Shown in pieces: positions 50,106-61,011 of a DNA stretch of 64,000 bases (position 1 is its first letter; each line of letters begins with the position of its first letter). The stretch covers positions 62,933 through 126,932 of the forward strand of contig JBJHCF010000002.1 in the NCBI GenBank assembly GCA_050506795.1, written 5' to 3'. A program made the translations under genes and the position numbers. Source of the DNA: Opitutia bacterium (GTDB lineage: Bacteria; Verrucomicrobiota; Verrucomicrobiia; Opitutales; T3Sed10-336). The notes below the pieces were generated by a model that saw only the letters and a program-made list of their open reading frames with translations, searched no databases and was not told the DNA's origin.

Positions 50106-51509
50106 ATGCGACATGCACTTCTCAGCCTTCTCACCGCTTCCCTGCTGGTCTCATTTTCCGCCCCCGTCGCGGCCGGAAATCCGATCATCCGCGACCGTTT
50201 CACCGCCGACCCGGCGGCGCTGGTGCACGACGGCAAAGTCTACCTCTACGTCGGCAACGACGAGGCGGAAGTGGACGGAGGCTTTTATGTCATGAATCAG
50301 TGGTTGATCTACTCGTCGAGTGACATGATTTACTGGGAACTGGAAGGCCAGCTGCCGCGCGCCGAATTCGACTGGGCACGCGACCCCTCGGCCTGGGCGG
50401 CGCAGACCATCGAACGCGACGGAAAATTCTACTGGTACGTCACGGTCCTCAATCGCGATCCGGTCCCCGAGCGCGCCGGAAACGCCATCGGGGTGGCGGT
50501 CTCCGATCACCCGACCCAGGGCTTCCGCGACGCCATCGGCGGACCGCTGGTTCGCAGCGACATGGCCGAACGTCCGCCCAACATGGGCGGCGGCGGCTGG
50601 CATGTGCTCGACCCCACCGTTTTCATCGACGACGACGGGCAGGCCTACCTCTACTGGGGCAACACCTACCTTTTCTACGCGAAACTGAAAGACAATATGA
50701 TCGAACTGGATGGCGACATCCACCGGATCGAAATCGCCGACATGCCCGGAACCTTCACCGAAGCGCCCTGGCTGCACCAACACAACGGGACCTACTACCT
50801 GACCTTCGCCATGAACTTTCCGGAACAGATCGCTTACGCCACCAGCGACAGCCCGGAAGGCCCCTGGACCTACGGCGGCCTTCTGATGGACGTCATGCCC
50901 GGCACCGGCACCAATCACCAGGCGATCATCGAATTCGACGGACAATGGTACTTCATTCACCACAGCGCCGCCCTCCCCACCGGGGGTGATTACCGGCGTT
51001 CGGTCCATATCGAAAAGTTCGCGCACAACCCGGACGGATCCATCGACACGCTGCAACCCACCTCCTCCGGTCTGGCCTATAACCCTTACCGGATTCAGGC
51101 CTACTCCAATCAAGACGCCTACATCCGGCATGAAAACTACCGCCCGCTTCTGGGAGATCTCGACCCCGGCAACTACGACGTCAAATGGCACGTGGTCGCG
51201 GGCCTGCTCGAGGGCGACGAGGAGTTGGTCTCCTTCCAGGCGGAAAACTTTACCGGATATTACCTGGCCCACACCAGCACCGGCGCGGTGGCATTGCGGA
51301 AACATGACGGAAGCGACGATTTTCAACGTCGAGCAACATTTCGCAAACGCGACGGCCTGGCCGACTCCGGATGGGCCTCGTTTCAAACCATGGATGAGCT
51401 CGAGGAACGCTACCTTTTACATCGTCCCAACGGTACGGTATTCGTCGGACCGGTATCGGAAGCGGATCACCAACGGGCCACCTTCCGTCTGCTTGAGGTC
51501 ACCGAATAA
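50106..51509 (+). CDS. GH43 glycoside hydrolase with C-terminal CBM42 (AbfB-like) domain
   Basis: NPII...TADPAA, AWA, DPTVFIDDDGQAYLYWG, EAPW, TNHQAI; tail YIRH...VSFQA.NF.GYYL.H...F...ATF...GLAD. Confidence 0.9.
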   Translation: MRHALLSLLTASLLVSFSAPVAAGNPIIRDRFTADPAALVHDGKVYLYVGNDEAEVDGGFYVMNQWLIYSSSDMIYWELEGQLPRAEFDWARDPSAWAAQTIERDGKFYWYVTVLNRDPVPERAGNAIGVAVSDHPTQGFRDAIGGPLVRSDMAERPPNMGGGGWHVLDPTVFIDDDGQAYLYWGNTYLFYAKLKDNMIELDGDIHRIEIADMPGTFTEAPWLHQHNGTYYLTFAMNFPEQIAYATSDSPEGPWTYGGLLMDVMPGTGTNHQAIIEFDGQWYFIHHSAALPTGGDYRRSVHIEKFAHNPDGSIDTLQPTSSGLAYNPYRIQAYSNQDAYIRHENYRPLLGDLDPGNYDVKWHVVAGLLEGDEELVSFQAENFTGYYLAHTSTGAVALRKHDGSDDFQRRATFRKRDGLADSGWASFQTMDELEERYLLHRPNGTVFVGPVSEADHQRATFRLLEVTE

Positions 51510-51612
51510 CCGGGCCCGAACGGGTCCGAGACCGGTTTCGTTTCCACGCGAGAAACTGACCGCGTCTGGATAAACTCTTGGCATGCCCGGACAAAGTGCC
51601 ACACTGGAGCAC

Positions 51613-53629
51613 TATGCGTTCCTCCATCGAAACTCCCGGTCCTGGTGTGTTTGCTTCAAAAGTTCCCCTTTCCAGGCGGCCCACCCCCCTCCTGCCTCCG
51701 GATCCTTGCGGGTTCGTCACGGCTGAACCTCATCCCGCCCGTTTGCGGCCACCGCAATTCGGGTTTCTCCGCCGGTATCGCAGGTTCGGATTCCACGCTC
51801 TTTGCCTCGTTCTGCTGACCGCCTTTGTGACCGCCAGGGGCGAGGGTCCGGCGACGGTGGAGCAAGTCACAGGGCCGGTGGTTGTCGACGGCCAGGTGCA
51901 GCCGGTGGAGGCTTTTTCGGATCCGGACGAATGGATCCGGGAGCGGCTCTGGGTGGAAACTGAATCCGACACCGACGGTTCCGGCCGACCGGATCGGGTG
52001 CATGTGAGTGTTGTCCGTCCGCGCCAGACGGATACGGAAGGTATCCGGGTGCCGGTCATCTACACCACGAGCCCCTACTTCGCCGGCACGGCCCGGATTT
52101 CCGAGATCCTTTGGGATGTGGAACACGAACTTGGCGAAGAGCCCCCCGACCGGGGAGGCCCTCCGGACGTTGCTTTCCAGCCGGACCGGGAGGAGATTTC
52201 CCAATCACAGGTGAACACGTGGGTGCCCCGTGGATTCGCGGTGGTGCACTCCGAATCACCGGGCACCGGGCTCTCCCAGGGATGCACGACCATAGGCGAC
52301 CTCAACGAATCGCTGGCGCCGAAAGCCGTCATCGATTGGCTCAACGGCCGTGCCGCCGGATTCAGCAGCCCCGACGGCGACGAGGAAGTCACCGCGGATT
52401 GGTCGACCGGATCCGTGGGCATGATCGGCACCTCATTCGGCGGAACGCTCGCCATTGCGGCGGCCACCACCGGAGTGGACGGGCTCAAAGCGATCATCCC
52501 GATCGCGCCTAACACCAGCTATTGGCACTACTACCGCTCCCACGGGCTGATTCGTTCTCCCGGCGGATTCCTGGGCGAGGACATCGATTCCCTCTACGAC
52601 TACGTGAACAGCGGCGACCCGGCCCGCCGCGACTTCTGCCATGAGACCGTCCGCCAACGCATGCTCGATGAGATGGACCGCGTCACCGGAAACTGGAACG
52701 ACTTCTGGGAGGAACGGGACTACACCCTGCAGACCGGAAACATTCAGGCGGCGGTCCTGATCGCCCATGCCTGGAACGACTGGAACGTGATGCCGGAGCA
52801 CAGCGTCCGCTTTATCGAGGCGCTGAAAACAACCGAGGTCCCGCTGCAAATGTACTTCCACCAGGGAGGCCACGGCGGCGCGCCACCGCCCGCCATGGTG
52901 AACCGCTGGTTCACCCGCTATCTGCTGGATGTGGAGAATGGCGTGGAAAACGACCCCCGGGCCTGGATCGTCCGCGAAGGCGATCCCAGGAACGAACCCA
53001 CCCCGTACGCCGACTACCCGCACCCCGACGCCGCACCGGTCGTCCTTCATCCGACTGCCGGCGGAGAAACGTCCGGGGACCTGGTCTCCGAAAACCCCGG
53101 CGCCCGGGGTATCGAGTCCCTTATCGACAACGTGGAATTGTCCGGGGCCGAGCTGGCGCAGGCCGAACATTCGTATCATCGCCTCCTTTACCAGACCGCT
53201 GAACTCGCCGAACCCGTCCATCTCTCCGGAACGCCCGAGCTCACCATCCGCCTCACGGCAAGCGCGCCGGCCGTCAACCTTTCGGTATGGCTGGTCGCAC
53301 TCCCCTGGGAGGAACCCGAATCACGGACGCCCAACTTCAGCGTCATCACCCGGGGGTGGGCCGATCCTCAGAACCACCGCTCCCTCACCGAAAGCGACCC
53401 GATCGTGCCGGGCGAATTGCGGACGTTGAGCTTCACGCTCCAACCAGACGACCAGATCATTCCGGCCGGCAAGCGAATCGGCCTGATGATTTTTTCCAGC
53501 GACCGCGAATTCACCCTCTGGCCCCAACCGGGAACCGAGCTCACCGTCGATCTGGACGCCACCGCCCTCACCCTGCCGGTGGTAGGAGGACAGGAGGCAC
53601 TGGTGAGAGCGATCGGTCCTCGGGAGTAA
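51613..53629 (+). CDS. pepX: Xaa-Pro dipeptidyl-peptidase (S15, CocE/NonD fold)
   Basis: WVET..D.DG.G..D, SPYF, GTG.SQGC, AVIDWLNGR, nucleophile GTSFGG, DWNV, HQGGH, RGWADPQN. Start uncertain. Confidence 0.85.
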
Positions 53630-53634
53630 ATCCC

Positions 53635-53790
53635 GGCGGCGGCGCGGGAGCGCCGCCCTCCAAGGGTACCACATTACGCCGATCCGCTGGAGGGCCATGC
53701 TCCCGCATGGCCGCGGCGGCGCGGGAGCGCCGCCCTCCAGGTTCAGGGCCCGTCGGTTTTTCTCAAGGCCTATGCTCCCGCATTGCCGGG
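53635..53790. repeat. REP-like family A cluster between convergent genes
   Basis: Two GGCGGCGCGGGAGCGCCGCCCTCCA copies plus ATGCTCCCGCAT half units. Confidence 0.7.
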
Positions 53791-53792
53791 TG

Positions 53793-54323
53793 CTACCACT
53801 TAACACCCATGCCGAGTTCATAGACGAAACGTCCGTCCTTGTACGTGTCCTGAGCCTCACTGCTGTCTTTGAACAGGATTTGATACTCCGCCCCGAGAGT
53901 GAGAAACGTGGTGTCGTTCACAAAATACCGGATTCCCACATTGGGACCGGCAATGAACTGGTTCCTGACGGCATCGCCGTAAACATAGCCGACATTGGCG
54001 CCAATGTAGGGCGCGGCCCGGCCCGTGACAGGATAGAAATCCAGCCCCAGCCGCGTCGATCCGTTCCAGTCACTGCTATTGGTGAGATTGGCAGCACTGA
54101 GATCCTGGCGAACGCCAGCTGCGATAAAGTCGTTAAGGAACTGCCCCAAGCCCAATTGGACCGACGCCGTGTTCGAATCGAAGTCGTTGTCGCTCGTTCC
54201 ACCTCCACTGAGCGTAAAGATCCGGTCCCCTTCCGCAAAACTGGCATTTTGCTGGGCCAGAGCCAGGGTTCCCGCTATGGCTGTTGAGACTCCAACTCCC
54301 AAAATAAGTTTTCTAAATGACAT
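53793..54323 (-). CDS. Small outer-membrane beta-barrel protein
   Basis: Signal peptide; alternating strands PYIGANVGYVYG, GIRYFV; terminal aromatic residue (GVKW). Confidence 0.8.
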   Translation of the reverse strand: MSFRKLILGVGVSTAIAGTLALAQQNASFAEGDRIFTLSGGGTSDNDFDSNTASVQLGLGQFLNDFIAAGVRQDLSAANLTNSSDWNGSTRLGLDFYPVTGRAAPYIGANVGYVYGDAVRNQFIAGPNVGIRYFVNDTTFLTLGAEYQILFKDSSEAQDTYKDGRFVYELGMGVKW

Positions 54324-54695
54324 GTCTTATTCTCTTTCTGTAATCTTTACTTGTATTCAATCGTTGTGGAGTTAGGTTCGTCAGAACGTCTCCGTTTAAA
54401 GAGCGCGACGCCGTCCACCTTGTTTCAAATAGAGGTTACCCGATTACCGTTACCCGCGCTATGGGGGGTTCTGCCCATATCATGCCGCCGGCCGCAATGG
54501 TCATTTTCGGCATATAGTCGTTTCGGGTGGAAAACGGAGCGCGCAATTCTGCCGGCGCATTTGGAAACCTGGAAATGAACTTCGGCTGAAGCTCGAAGCT
54601 ACTTAGGATAAGTCTCTTGCGAACCGAGTAGTAGAACACCCCATGGTCCCCGGGGCGTCTTTCGTTTAGAGTTTAGTTATCAAATTTCAGGTATT

Positions 54696-55169
54696 ATGAA
54701 AACGCATCGACCAACCGAAAGAACCGCCGCGCAATGGCCCCGGCTCCAAAATACGGTCCCAGGGGACTCGAACGGCGGCAACGGTTCGATTCGGGTCCTG
54801 ATCGCCGACGACAACCTGCAACTGCTTGAGTTGCTGACCAATCGGTTGCGAGGACTGGAATACGAAGTCGAATCAGCAACCGACGGCGAAGCGGCATGGG
54901 AGTGCCTGCGCACCGGGTCCTTCGATTTGGTCATCACTGACAATGACATGCCCAGGCTCAAGGGGGTGGACCTTGTGCGCAGAATGCGCGCTCAATCATT
55001 TACCCATCCGGTCATTCTCATCTCGGGTAAGATGCACTGGAGCGATCCGGATTTGTTCGGATTGCTGGCGCCGGGAACGGCCTTGAGCAAACCCTTTTCA
55101 ATTTCCGAACTGCTCCGGAAAATCAATGAACTGCTACCGTACGTTTCTCAAAACGAGACGAACGGTTAG
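54696..55169 (+). CDS. Single-domain response regulator receiver
   Basis: VLIADD...DLVITD.DMP...G.DL...ILISG...KPF. Confidence 0.85.
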   Translation: MKTHRPTERTAAQWPRLQNTVPGDSNGGNGSIRVLIADDNLQLLELLTNRLRGLEYEVESATDGEAAWECLRTGSFDLVITDNDMPRLKGVDLVRRMRAQSFTHPVILISGKMHWSDPDLFGLLAPGTALSKPFSISELLRKINELLPYVSQNETNG

Positions 55170-55252
55170 CGGTTGCTCTATTAATTTGTATCGGGACGCA
55201 CCGGCCGCGGACCTCAGAGCTTTAGAATCACAGTTAGAAAGAAAGAAATACC

Positions 55253-55402
55253 ATGCTATTAACCATCGCTATAATTTTAATCGTCCTTTGGGCGCTCGGC
55301 TTAATCACCAGCAGCACCATGGGGGGCGTCCTGCACGTCCTTCTTGTCGTTGCAGTCATCATGATCGTTCTTTCCCTTCTGGGGGGACGAAAGACAGTTT
55401 AA
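55253..55402 (+). CDS. lmo0937-family small membrane protein (49 aa; not in ORF track)
   Basis: MLLTIAIILIVLWALGLITSSTMGGVLHVLLVVAVIMIVLSLLGGRKTV. Confidence 0.85.
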   Translation: MLLTIAIILIVLWALGLITSSTMGGVLHVLLVVAVIMIVLSLLGGRKTV

Positions 55403-55415
55403 AAGGAACACTATT

Positions 55416-55628
55416 ATGAATCGGATGTTATCACTCGGTCTTCTCGTCGGTGGTGTTGTGCTGATTGTTCTTGGGATCAGCGCCGCCGACTCCTTCAGTT
55501 CGGATGTTTCGAACTTCTTCACCGGCTCGCCGACCGACAAGGCCGTATGGATGCTTGTCATCGGTATTGTTCTCGCCGTCGCCGGACTCGGAGGCACCGT
55601 GTTCGGAGGAGGACGGAGAAGAGCGTAG
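55416..55628 (+). CDS. DUF3185 family small membrane protein
   Basis: GGVVLIVLG..A.DSFSSDVS.FFTGSPTDKAVWML. Confidence 0.88.
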   Translation: MNRMLSLGLLVGGVVLIVLGISAADSFSSDVSNFFTGSPTDKAVWMLVIGIVLAVAGLGGTVFGGGRRRA

Positions 55629-55704
55629 TTTGGGAATCTGAATTTCGCCGGGCACTTCGCCGGCCCGACCAGGTTGCGAATCGGCAACCGCCCGGAACTT
55701 GCGG

Positions 55705-55866
55705 GCCCCGGAAGTCCCGCTAAAGCAGGGACCTACGAGTAGCGCCGTACTTTAGCCGGCGGCCGGAACGGGGTCGCAAGTGGCTCCCGGGCACCGGAAG
55801 TCCCGCTGAAGCAGGGACCTACAAGTGGCGCCGTGCTTCAGCCGGCGGCCCGGACGGGGTCACAAG
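55705..55866 (-). repeat. About two tandem 86-bp REP family B units, inverted relative to 61012-61289
   Basis: GAAGTCCCGCT(A/G)AAGCAGGGACCTAC recurs at 55711 and 55797. Confidence 0.75.
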
Positions 55867-56049
55867 CGGACGGCCCCCACAAAAACAGAACGTTTTACGT
55901 CAAGAATAAATTGATTGACCCAGCCAAAATCAATGTCTACAATAATCCAATTAACGAAAAACTTGGTGATACACGATTTTTTTCTTCTCGGACCTGAAAT
56001 CCGGGCATTGCCCTCGTTTAATCACAATACCCTGAGCAAGGAGAAACCT

Positions 56050-56730
56050 ATCAGAGATCCCATTAAAGTCATGTTGGTTGATGATCACAAGCTGGTTCGC
56101 CAGGCATTGTGCTCGCTCCTGAATAACGAGGAGGACATTGAGGTCGTCGGCGAGGCGAATGACGGACGCGAGGCGGTCCGCCTGGATAAAATCCTTCAAG
56201 CCGACGTCATCATCATGGACATTGCCATGCCAGAGCTCAATGGCATGGAAGCCATGCGGCAAATCCTGATGAATAATTCTTCGACGAAGGTACTCATCCT
56301 GTCGACCTACAGTGACGACGAATATGTCCATCAATTTGTCAGAGCCGGTGCATCCGGTTACATCAACAAGCAGGATGAGGTCGCCAATTTGATAAAAGCA
56401 GTGCGGGTAGTGCATCATGGCAACATTTGCTTTAGTCCATCCATCTCAAGACGCCTGATCGAAGAAGAACGAAAACGTTTTGTAGCTGACCGATCAGGAA
56501 AAGACAAACATGCCGGAACGCATCTCACATCGCGCGAGCTGGAAGTCATTCAGCTTATTGCCGAGGGGTACGCGAACAAGCAAATGGCGGAGCACCTCGG
56601 CGTGAGCATCAAGACCATCGAAAAACACCGCCAATCGGTGATGAACAAGCTCAATATTCACGATGTGGCGGGATTGACCCGATACGCCATCGCCCATTCC
56701 ATCTGCGAGGCGCCGTTGATCCTGAAATAA
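56050..56730 (+). CDS. NarL/FixJ (LuxR-HTH) response regulator
   Basis: VMLVDDH.LVR, VVGEA.DG, MDIAMP..NG, LTSRE.EV.QLIAEG.ANKQ, TIEKHRQ..M.KL. Start uncertain (SD-aligned ATC at 56050; ORF open from 55915). Confidence 0.88.
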   Translation: MRDPIKVMLVDDHKLVRQALCSLLNNEEDIEVVGEANDGREAVRLDKILQADVIIMDIAMPELNGMEAMRQILMNNSSTKVLILSTYSDDEYVHQFVRAGASGYINKQDEVANLIKAVRVVHHGNICFSPSISRRLIEEERKRFVADRSGKDKHAGTHLTSRELEVIQLIAEGYANKQMAEHLGVSIKTIEKHRQSVMNKLNIHDVAGLTRYAIAHSICEAPLILK

Positions 56731-56751
56731 TCCGCACGATTCGCGAACTGT

Positions 56752-58779
56752 TCAGGAAATCGTAACGCCGGTGGACCCGGCGTCCATCAGGCGAAAGATG
56801 GTTTGGGCGATTTGGTTCGAGTTATCGGACTTGGGGAAAAAGGCCGTTGCTCCGGCATCAATGATGGCCTTGTTGGAATCCCCGTTGATTTCCTGCATCG
56901 AAAGACCGATGACGATGGTCTGAGGCCAGCGCCGGTGTATCTCGCGGGTCGCGGAGATGCCGTCCATGCGAGGCATGCTGATATCCATGAGCACGACATC
57001 CGGATGGTATCGATCAACCCCCGCTACGGCCTCAATTCCGTCAGCCGCCTCACCGACGACCTTCAACCCCTGGATTTGTTTCAGGACTTCGACAATCCCT
57101 TCGCGGACAAGCGCGTGGTCGTCCGCGACCAGAACACGAACCACTTTCCTGGACGTCTGAGTAGCATCGGAGGAGGAGGGCACTGATTCCGCCGGCTGCT
57201 GCGTCTGAGTCGCTTTATCATCATCAATGGCCGCGGATATCGGAATTTCGAGGAAAATCCGCGTCCCTTTTCCAGGCGCTGAGTCGATGGTCAGGGTTCC
57301 GCCGATCGCCTTAATGCGGTGACCCACCGAAAACAGTCCAAAATTGCTCCTCTCAATCTCCCTTGCCTTGGCATCCACATCAAAGCCGATGCCTTCGTCG
57401 CTTACCGTGACCGATAACCGGTCCTGACCTTCCCAAACCTCGACGAGCGCCCCATCAACGTTGGCATGCTTGACGATGTTGAACAGGATCTCGCGCAAGC
57501 TCTCAAAGATCAGCGTTTTGGTTGCGTCAGGCAGGGGCCGTTCCTTCTCCTCGGCTTTAACTGTCACATTCAGACTATGCCTCCGCGACATTTCCTGGCT
57601 CAACCACTTCAATGCCGCGATCAGGCCGTGTTCGTACAACACTTGCGGGGTCACCTGACGCACCAGGTCGCGCGTAATATTGATGGTTTCGTTGATACTT
57701 TGTATGGCCTGGTCCAATCGTTTGATGGCCGTTTCGTCTTTGAGCCGGGCTCGCGCCATCTCCACTTGCATCTTAACGGCCACGAGGGTCTGCTGAAGAT
57801 CATCGTGCAGGACCGATGCCATACGCTTGCGCTCCCTCTGCTCGGCCGAGGTGAGATCACGGACCAGGTGCCTGAGGCATATTGCCTGATTGCGCAGCTC
57901 CTCCGTTCGCTCGGCGACCTTTTCCTCCAGCAAATCCCGGGAGCGTTCAATAGCCTGCCGGGCTTGATTTTGCTCGGTCACGTCCTCGAACGCCAACAGG
58001 ATGAGCTCCAGATGATCGATCCGGCGGGCGTTCAAGACGAGAGAGCGGAGACTCCCCTCATCGGGATTGTGCTCAATTTCAAAGCCATCGAAAGACCTTC
58101 GGTCAGGCAGAACGCTTTCCAGTAATTCGCGAAGGCGCGGGTTTTCCCATAACCCTTTCCTCAAATCGTAAACCAGAAGGTCGCTCACCCTGGTCGACGG
58201 CAGCTTGAAATATTCCTCGAAAGCCTTGTTGGAGAACGCAACTCGCAGATCATTGCGCAGCACCAGCATCGGATTGCGAACCGTATTGATTATTCTTTCG
58301 GCGACCTCCTTTGCCTGGAGGATATCCCGCTCGAATTCCTTACGTTTGGTGATGTCGATGAAGGTGATGACCACGCCTTCGATTCGGTCTTCGTTGGTCC
58401 GATAGCACTGGAGGCGCGCCAGGTACCAGTCACCCTGTTGGCTGGAAACCTCGCGTTCCACCGGGGTGAGTTGCTTGAGCAACTTTCGAACATCTTCAGA
58501 AAGCTGCTCATAGCCAAATCGCGCCGCCAGATCCGCCATTGACCTGCCGCGATCGCTGTCCGTCAGGTTGAAAAGCCTGGCCATGCTGGGAGTGAAGCGC
58601 AGGAGGTGCATGTCGCGATCCAGAAAGACGGTCGCGATGTGGGTGGCATTCAGCAGGTTCTCCAGGTCGCTGGAAAGTTGGTTCAATTCTTCGACCTTGT
58701 GGTGGTTCTCCTGGTTGAGCGTGGTAAGCTCTTCGTTGATGCTCTGCATCTCCTCTTTCGAGGTTTCCAGTTCCTCCAT
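56752..58779 (-). CDS. C-terminal half of a frameshifted hybrid: coiled coil-PAS-PAS-NarX-type histidine kinase-REC
   Basis: EELETSKEE.QS.NEEL; LHDDLQQ H-box; NIVKHA, D.G.GF, PG.GT; C-terminal VADDH receiver. Frame stays open upstream to the C-tract at 58927-58935. Confidence 0.85.
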   Translation of the reverse strand: MEELETSKEEMQSINEELTTLNQENHHKVEELNQLSSDLENLLNATHIATVFLDRDMHLLRFTPSMARLFNLTDSDRGRSMADLAARFGYEQLSEDVRKLLKQLTPVEREVSSQQGDWYLARLQCYRTNEDRIEGVVITFIDITKRKEFERDILQAKEVAERIINTVRNPMLVLRNDLRVAFSNKAFEEYFKLPSTRVSDLLVYDLRKGLWENPRLRELLESVLPDRRSFDGFEIEHNPDEGSLRSLVLNARRIDHLELILLAFEDVTEQNQARQAIERSRDLLEEKVAERTEELRNQAICLRHLVRDLTSAEQRERKRMASVLHDDLQQTLVAVKMQVEMARARLKDETAIKRLDQAIQSINETINITRDLVRQVTPQVLYEHGLIAALKWLSQEMSRRHSLNVTVKAEEKERPLPDATKTLIFESLREILFNIVKHANVDGALVEVWEGQDRLSVTVSDEGIGFDVDAKAREIERSNFGLFSVGHRIKAIGGTLTIDSAPGKGTRIFLEIPISAAIDDDKATQTQQPAESVPSSSDATQTSRKVVRVLVADDHALVREGIVEVLKQIQGLKVVGEAADGIEAVAGVDRYHPDVVLMDISMPRMDGISATREIHRRWPQTIVIGLSMQEINGDSNKAIIDAGATAFFPKSDNSNQIAQTIFRLMDAGSTGVTIS

Positions 58780-58892
58780 GGTCGAGCGCAGTTCCTCGTT
58801 TGTACTTTCGAGCTCCTCGTTGTAGGCTTGATTGCGTTCCTGGGCGGCCTCGTGCTCCTCGATCAGCGACTGTATGCGTTTTTTGGTCTGCG

Positions 58893-60902
58893 TCAGTTCC
58901 GCTTCCAGCTCGCGGCTGTTCGCGTCGGGGGGGGGCTGCTTTCTTTGTCCGGATCAGCGCCCTCCGAGGCGTCTATTTCATCAAAGATCACCAGGAAGTA
59001 GCCATTGATTTGGGGCTGATCGATTCGCTGGACCCGGAGTATCACCCGGCACGGCCGCCCCTCCAGCGTAACCTGAATCGGGCGGGAGCGGTAACTGCCG
59101 CCATTGTCGTGTGTCGTATGGACCGCAGCACGCAGCTCAAACCTCAACGGCTCGGGAAGGAGCTGGAAGACGTTGTTGGTCGGTGTGCCGCCCGGCATAT
59201 GCAGAAACCGTCCCGCCCGTGCCGAGTAATGCATGAGTTCACCATCGGGGTTGATCAGAACACTGGGCGGAGCGTAGAGCTCGACCACATTCTCGTGCAG
59301 GAGGCCGTAACTGGCCGCGGGATTCAGATTGGGCACCTCCTGGTCCTCAGGGTATCGGAATCGGGAGTTCAGCGCGGAATTCGACGTCGGGTGCCTGGGG
59401 TTGGGCACGCTGCGGCGGCGGTACAAGCCGTACTGCTTGTTGACACACTGAAAGAGCTCGGATTCCACTCCCTCCGCCGTGCCCACCACCAGGAAGCCGT
59501 CCTCCTCCAGCGCGTAGTGAAACATGGACATAAGCTGCTGCTGAACATCCCGCTGCAGGTAAATCAGAAGATTCCGGCAACTGATCAACTGCAGGTGCGA
59601 GAACGGGGGGTCCTGCAGGACATTGTGCAACGCGAACACCAGGTGCTCGCGCACCTGCTTGCGGATCCGGAAGTACTCGTTCCTCTTCTCGAAAAAACGG
59701 CTGAGACGCTGCTCGGATATATCGGATTCGATCGATGCCGGATAAATCCCGCCCCGAGCCTTGCCCAGGGCGGCCTCGTGTATATCCGTGGCGAATACCT
59801 GGAGTTGTTTCGGTTTGACGGTATGCCGCGCTTCCTCTTCCAGCAGGAGCATGGCCAGGGAATAAGGTTCCTCCCCCGTAGCGCAGCCGACAGACCAAAC
59901 CCGCACGCGATCATCCCGGGTTTTGGCTTTGAAAAGCTGAGGAATAATCTTTGACTCGAGGTGCCGGAAGACTTCCGGATCGCGGAAAAATTCGGTGACG
60001 GTGATCAGAAGGTCTTCCAACAGATGCTCGACTTCGTCGTCATGACTGTTCAGAAACCGCAGGTAGTCATCGAGGGTTCGGACGTGGTGCAATTGCATCC
60101 GGCGGCTGATGCGGCGCAAAATGGTGGAGCGCTTGTAGTGCGTGAAGTCTTGCCCGATACGCGTCCGCACTTCGGCCAGAATTTCATGGAGCGTATCAAC
60201 CTCCTCCGCCGCCGCTGCCGAGTCTCCATCGGAAATCGCCAGGTCTTTCGCGGCGCGGTCGGCGCCGAGAATTTGCGCGGTTATCTTTTCGAGGGGAAGA
60301 ACCAGGTCGGCCACCCTGGCCGCAATGGCGCTGCGGGGCATACCGTCGTATTCCGCTTCGTCGGGCGATTGGACGATCGTCAGGCCGCCGTACTCACGAA
60401 TCCGCTTGAGCCCGGAGGTGCCGTCGGAACCGGTACCCGTGAGAATCACGCCAACGGCGCGCTCTTTGTGCGCTTCCGCCAGCGTGCGAAAGAAGTGGTC
60501 GATGGGAGCCCGTTTGTGCCGCTGTTTCTCCAACTCGGACAAATGCAGGTGCGTATCGATCGCGTCGATATTGAAGTCCGGCGGAATCACATAGATGTGG
60601 TTAGCCTTGAGTGGCGTCTCATGGGTGACTTGTTGAACCGGAAGGCGGCTGTGCGGCTGGAGCAAATCCGCCAGGTGACTTTCGTGCTCGGGCGAAAGGT
60701 GAACGATCACCACAAAACAGACCCCCGGTTGTTCGGGGATGCTGGCGAACAGTTTTTTCAGCGCCCCCAGGCCGCCGGCCGAGGCGCCGATACCCACCAC
60801 CCGCATCGGCAAGGAAGAGGTGTCCTCGTTAACGGATTGCTCACTGAAATCGGTAAGTTTTTCGGTTTCGTTGTCGGGGGATAGGTGGTCGGCGGAGGTC
60901 AT
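58893..60902 (-). CDS. N-terminal half of a frameshifted hybrid: CheB methylesterase plus CheR methyltransferase plus PAS-like
   Basis: GIGASAGG, VHLSP, LTGTGSDG (CheB); VTEFFRD, RVWSVGCATGEEPYS, ATDI, CRNLLIY (CheR). Confidence 0.88.
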   Translation of the reverse strand: MTSADHLSPDNETEKLTDFSEQSVNEDTSSLPMRVVGIGASAGGLGALKKLFASIPEQPGVCFVVIVHLSPEHESHLADLLQPHSRLPVQQVTHETPLKANHIYVIPPDFNIDAIDTHLHLSELEKQRHKRAPIDHFFRTLAEAHKERAVGVILTGTGSDGTSGLKRIREYGGLTIVQSPDEAEYDGMPRSAIAARVADLVLPLEKITAQILGADRAAKDLAISDGDSAAAAEEVDTLHEILAEVRTRIGQDFTHYKRSTILRRISRRMQLHHVRTLDDYLRFLNSHDDEVEHLLEDLLITVTEFFRDPEVFRHLESKIIPQLFKAKTRDDRVRVWSVGCATGEEPYSLAMLLLEEEARHTVKPKQLQVFATDIHEAALGKARGGIYPASIESDISEQRLSRFFEKRNEYFRIRKQVREHLVFALHNVLQDPPFSHLQLISCRNLLIYLQRDVQQQLMSMFHYALEEDGFLVVGTAEGVESELFQCVNKQYGLYRRRSVPNPRHPTSNSALNSRFRYPEDQEVPNLNPAASYGLLHENVVELYAPPSVLINPDGELMHYSARAGRFLHMPGGTPTNNVFQLLPEPLRFELRAAVHTTHDNGGSYRSRPIQVTLEGRPCRVILRVQRIDQPQINGYFLVIFDEIDASEGADPDKESSPPPTRTAASWKRN

Positions 60903-61011
60903 GAAAAAATCGGTCGCACCTTTTCGTTTCGAAAAGGAATACAGTCCATTCCCGAAAATAAGCCCCGGCGGCTTCCATGGCAAGGGAATCCCGGAGGTTC
61001 GGGGATGGGCC

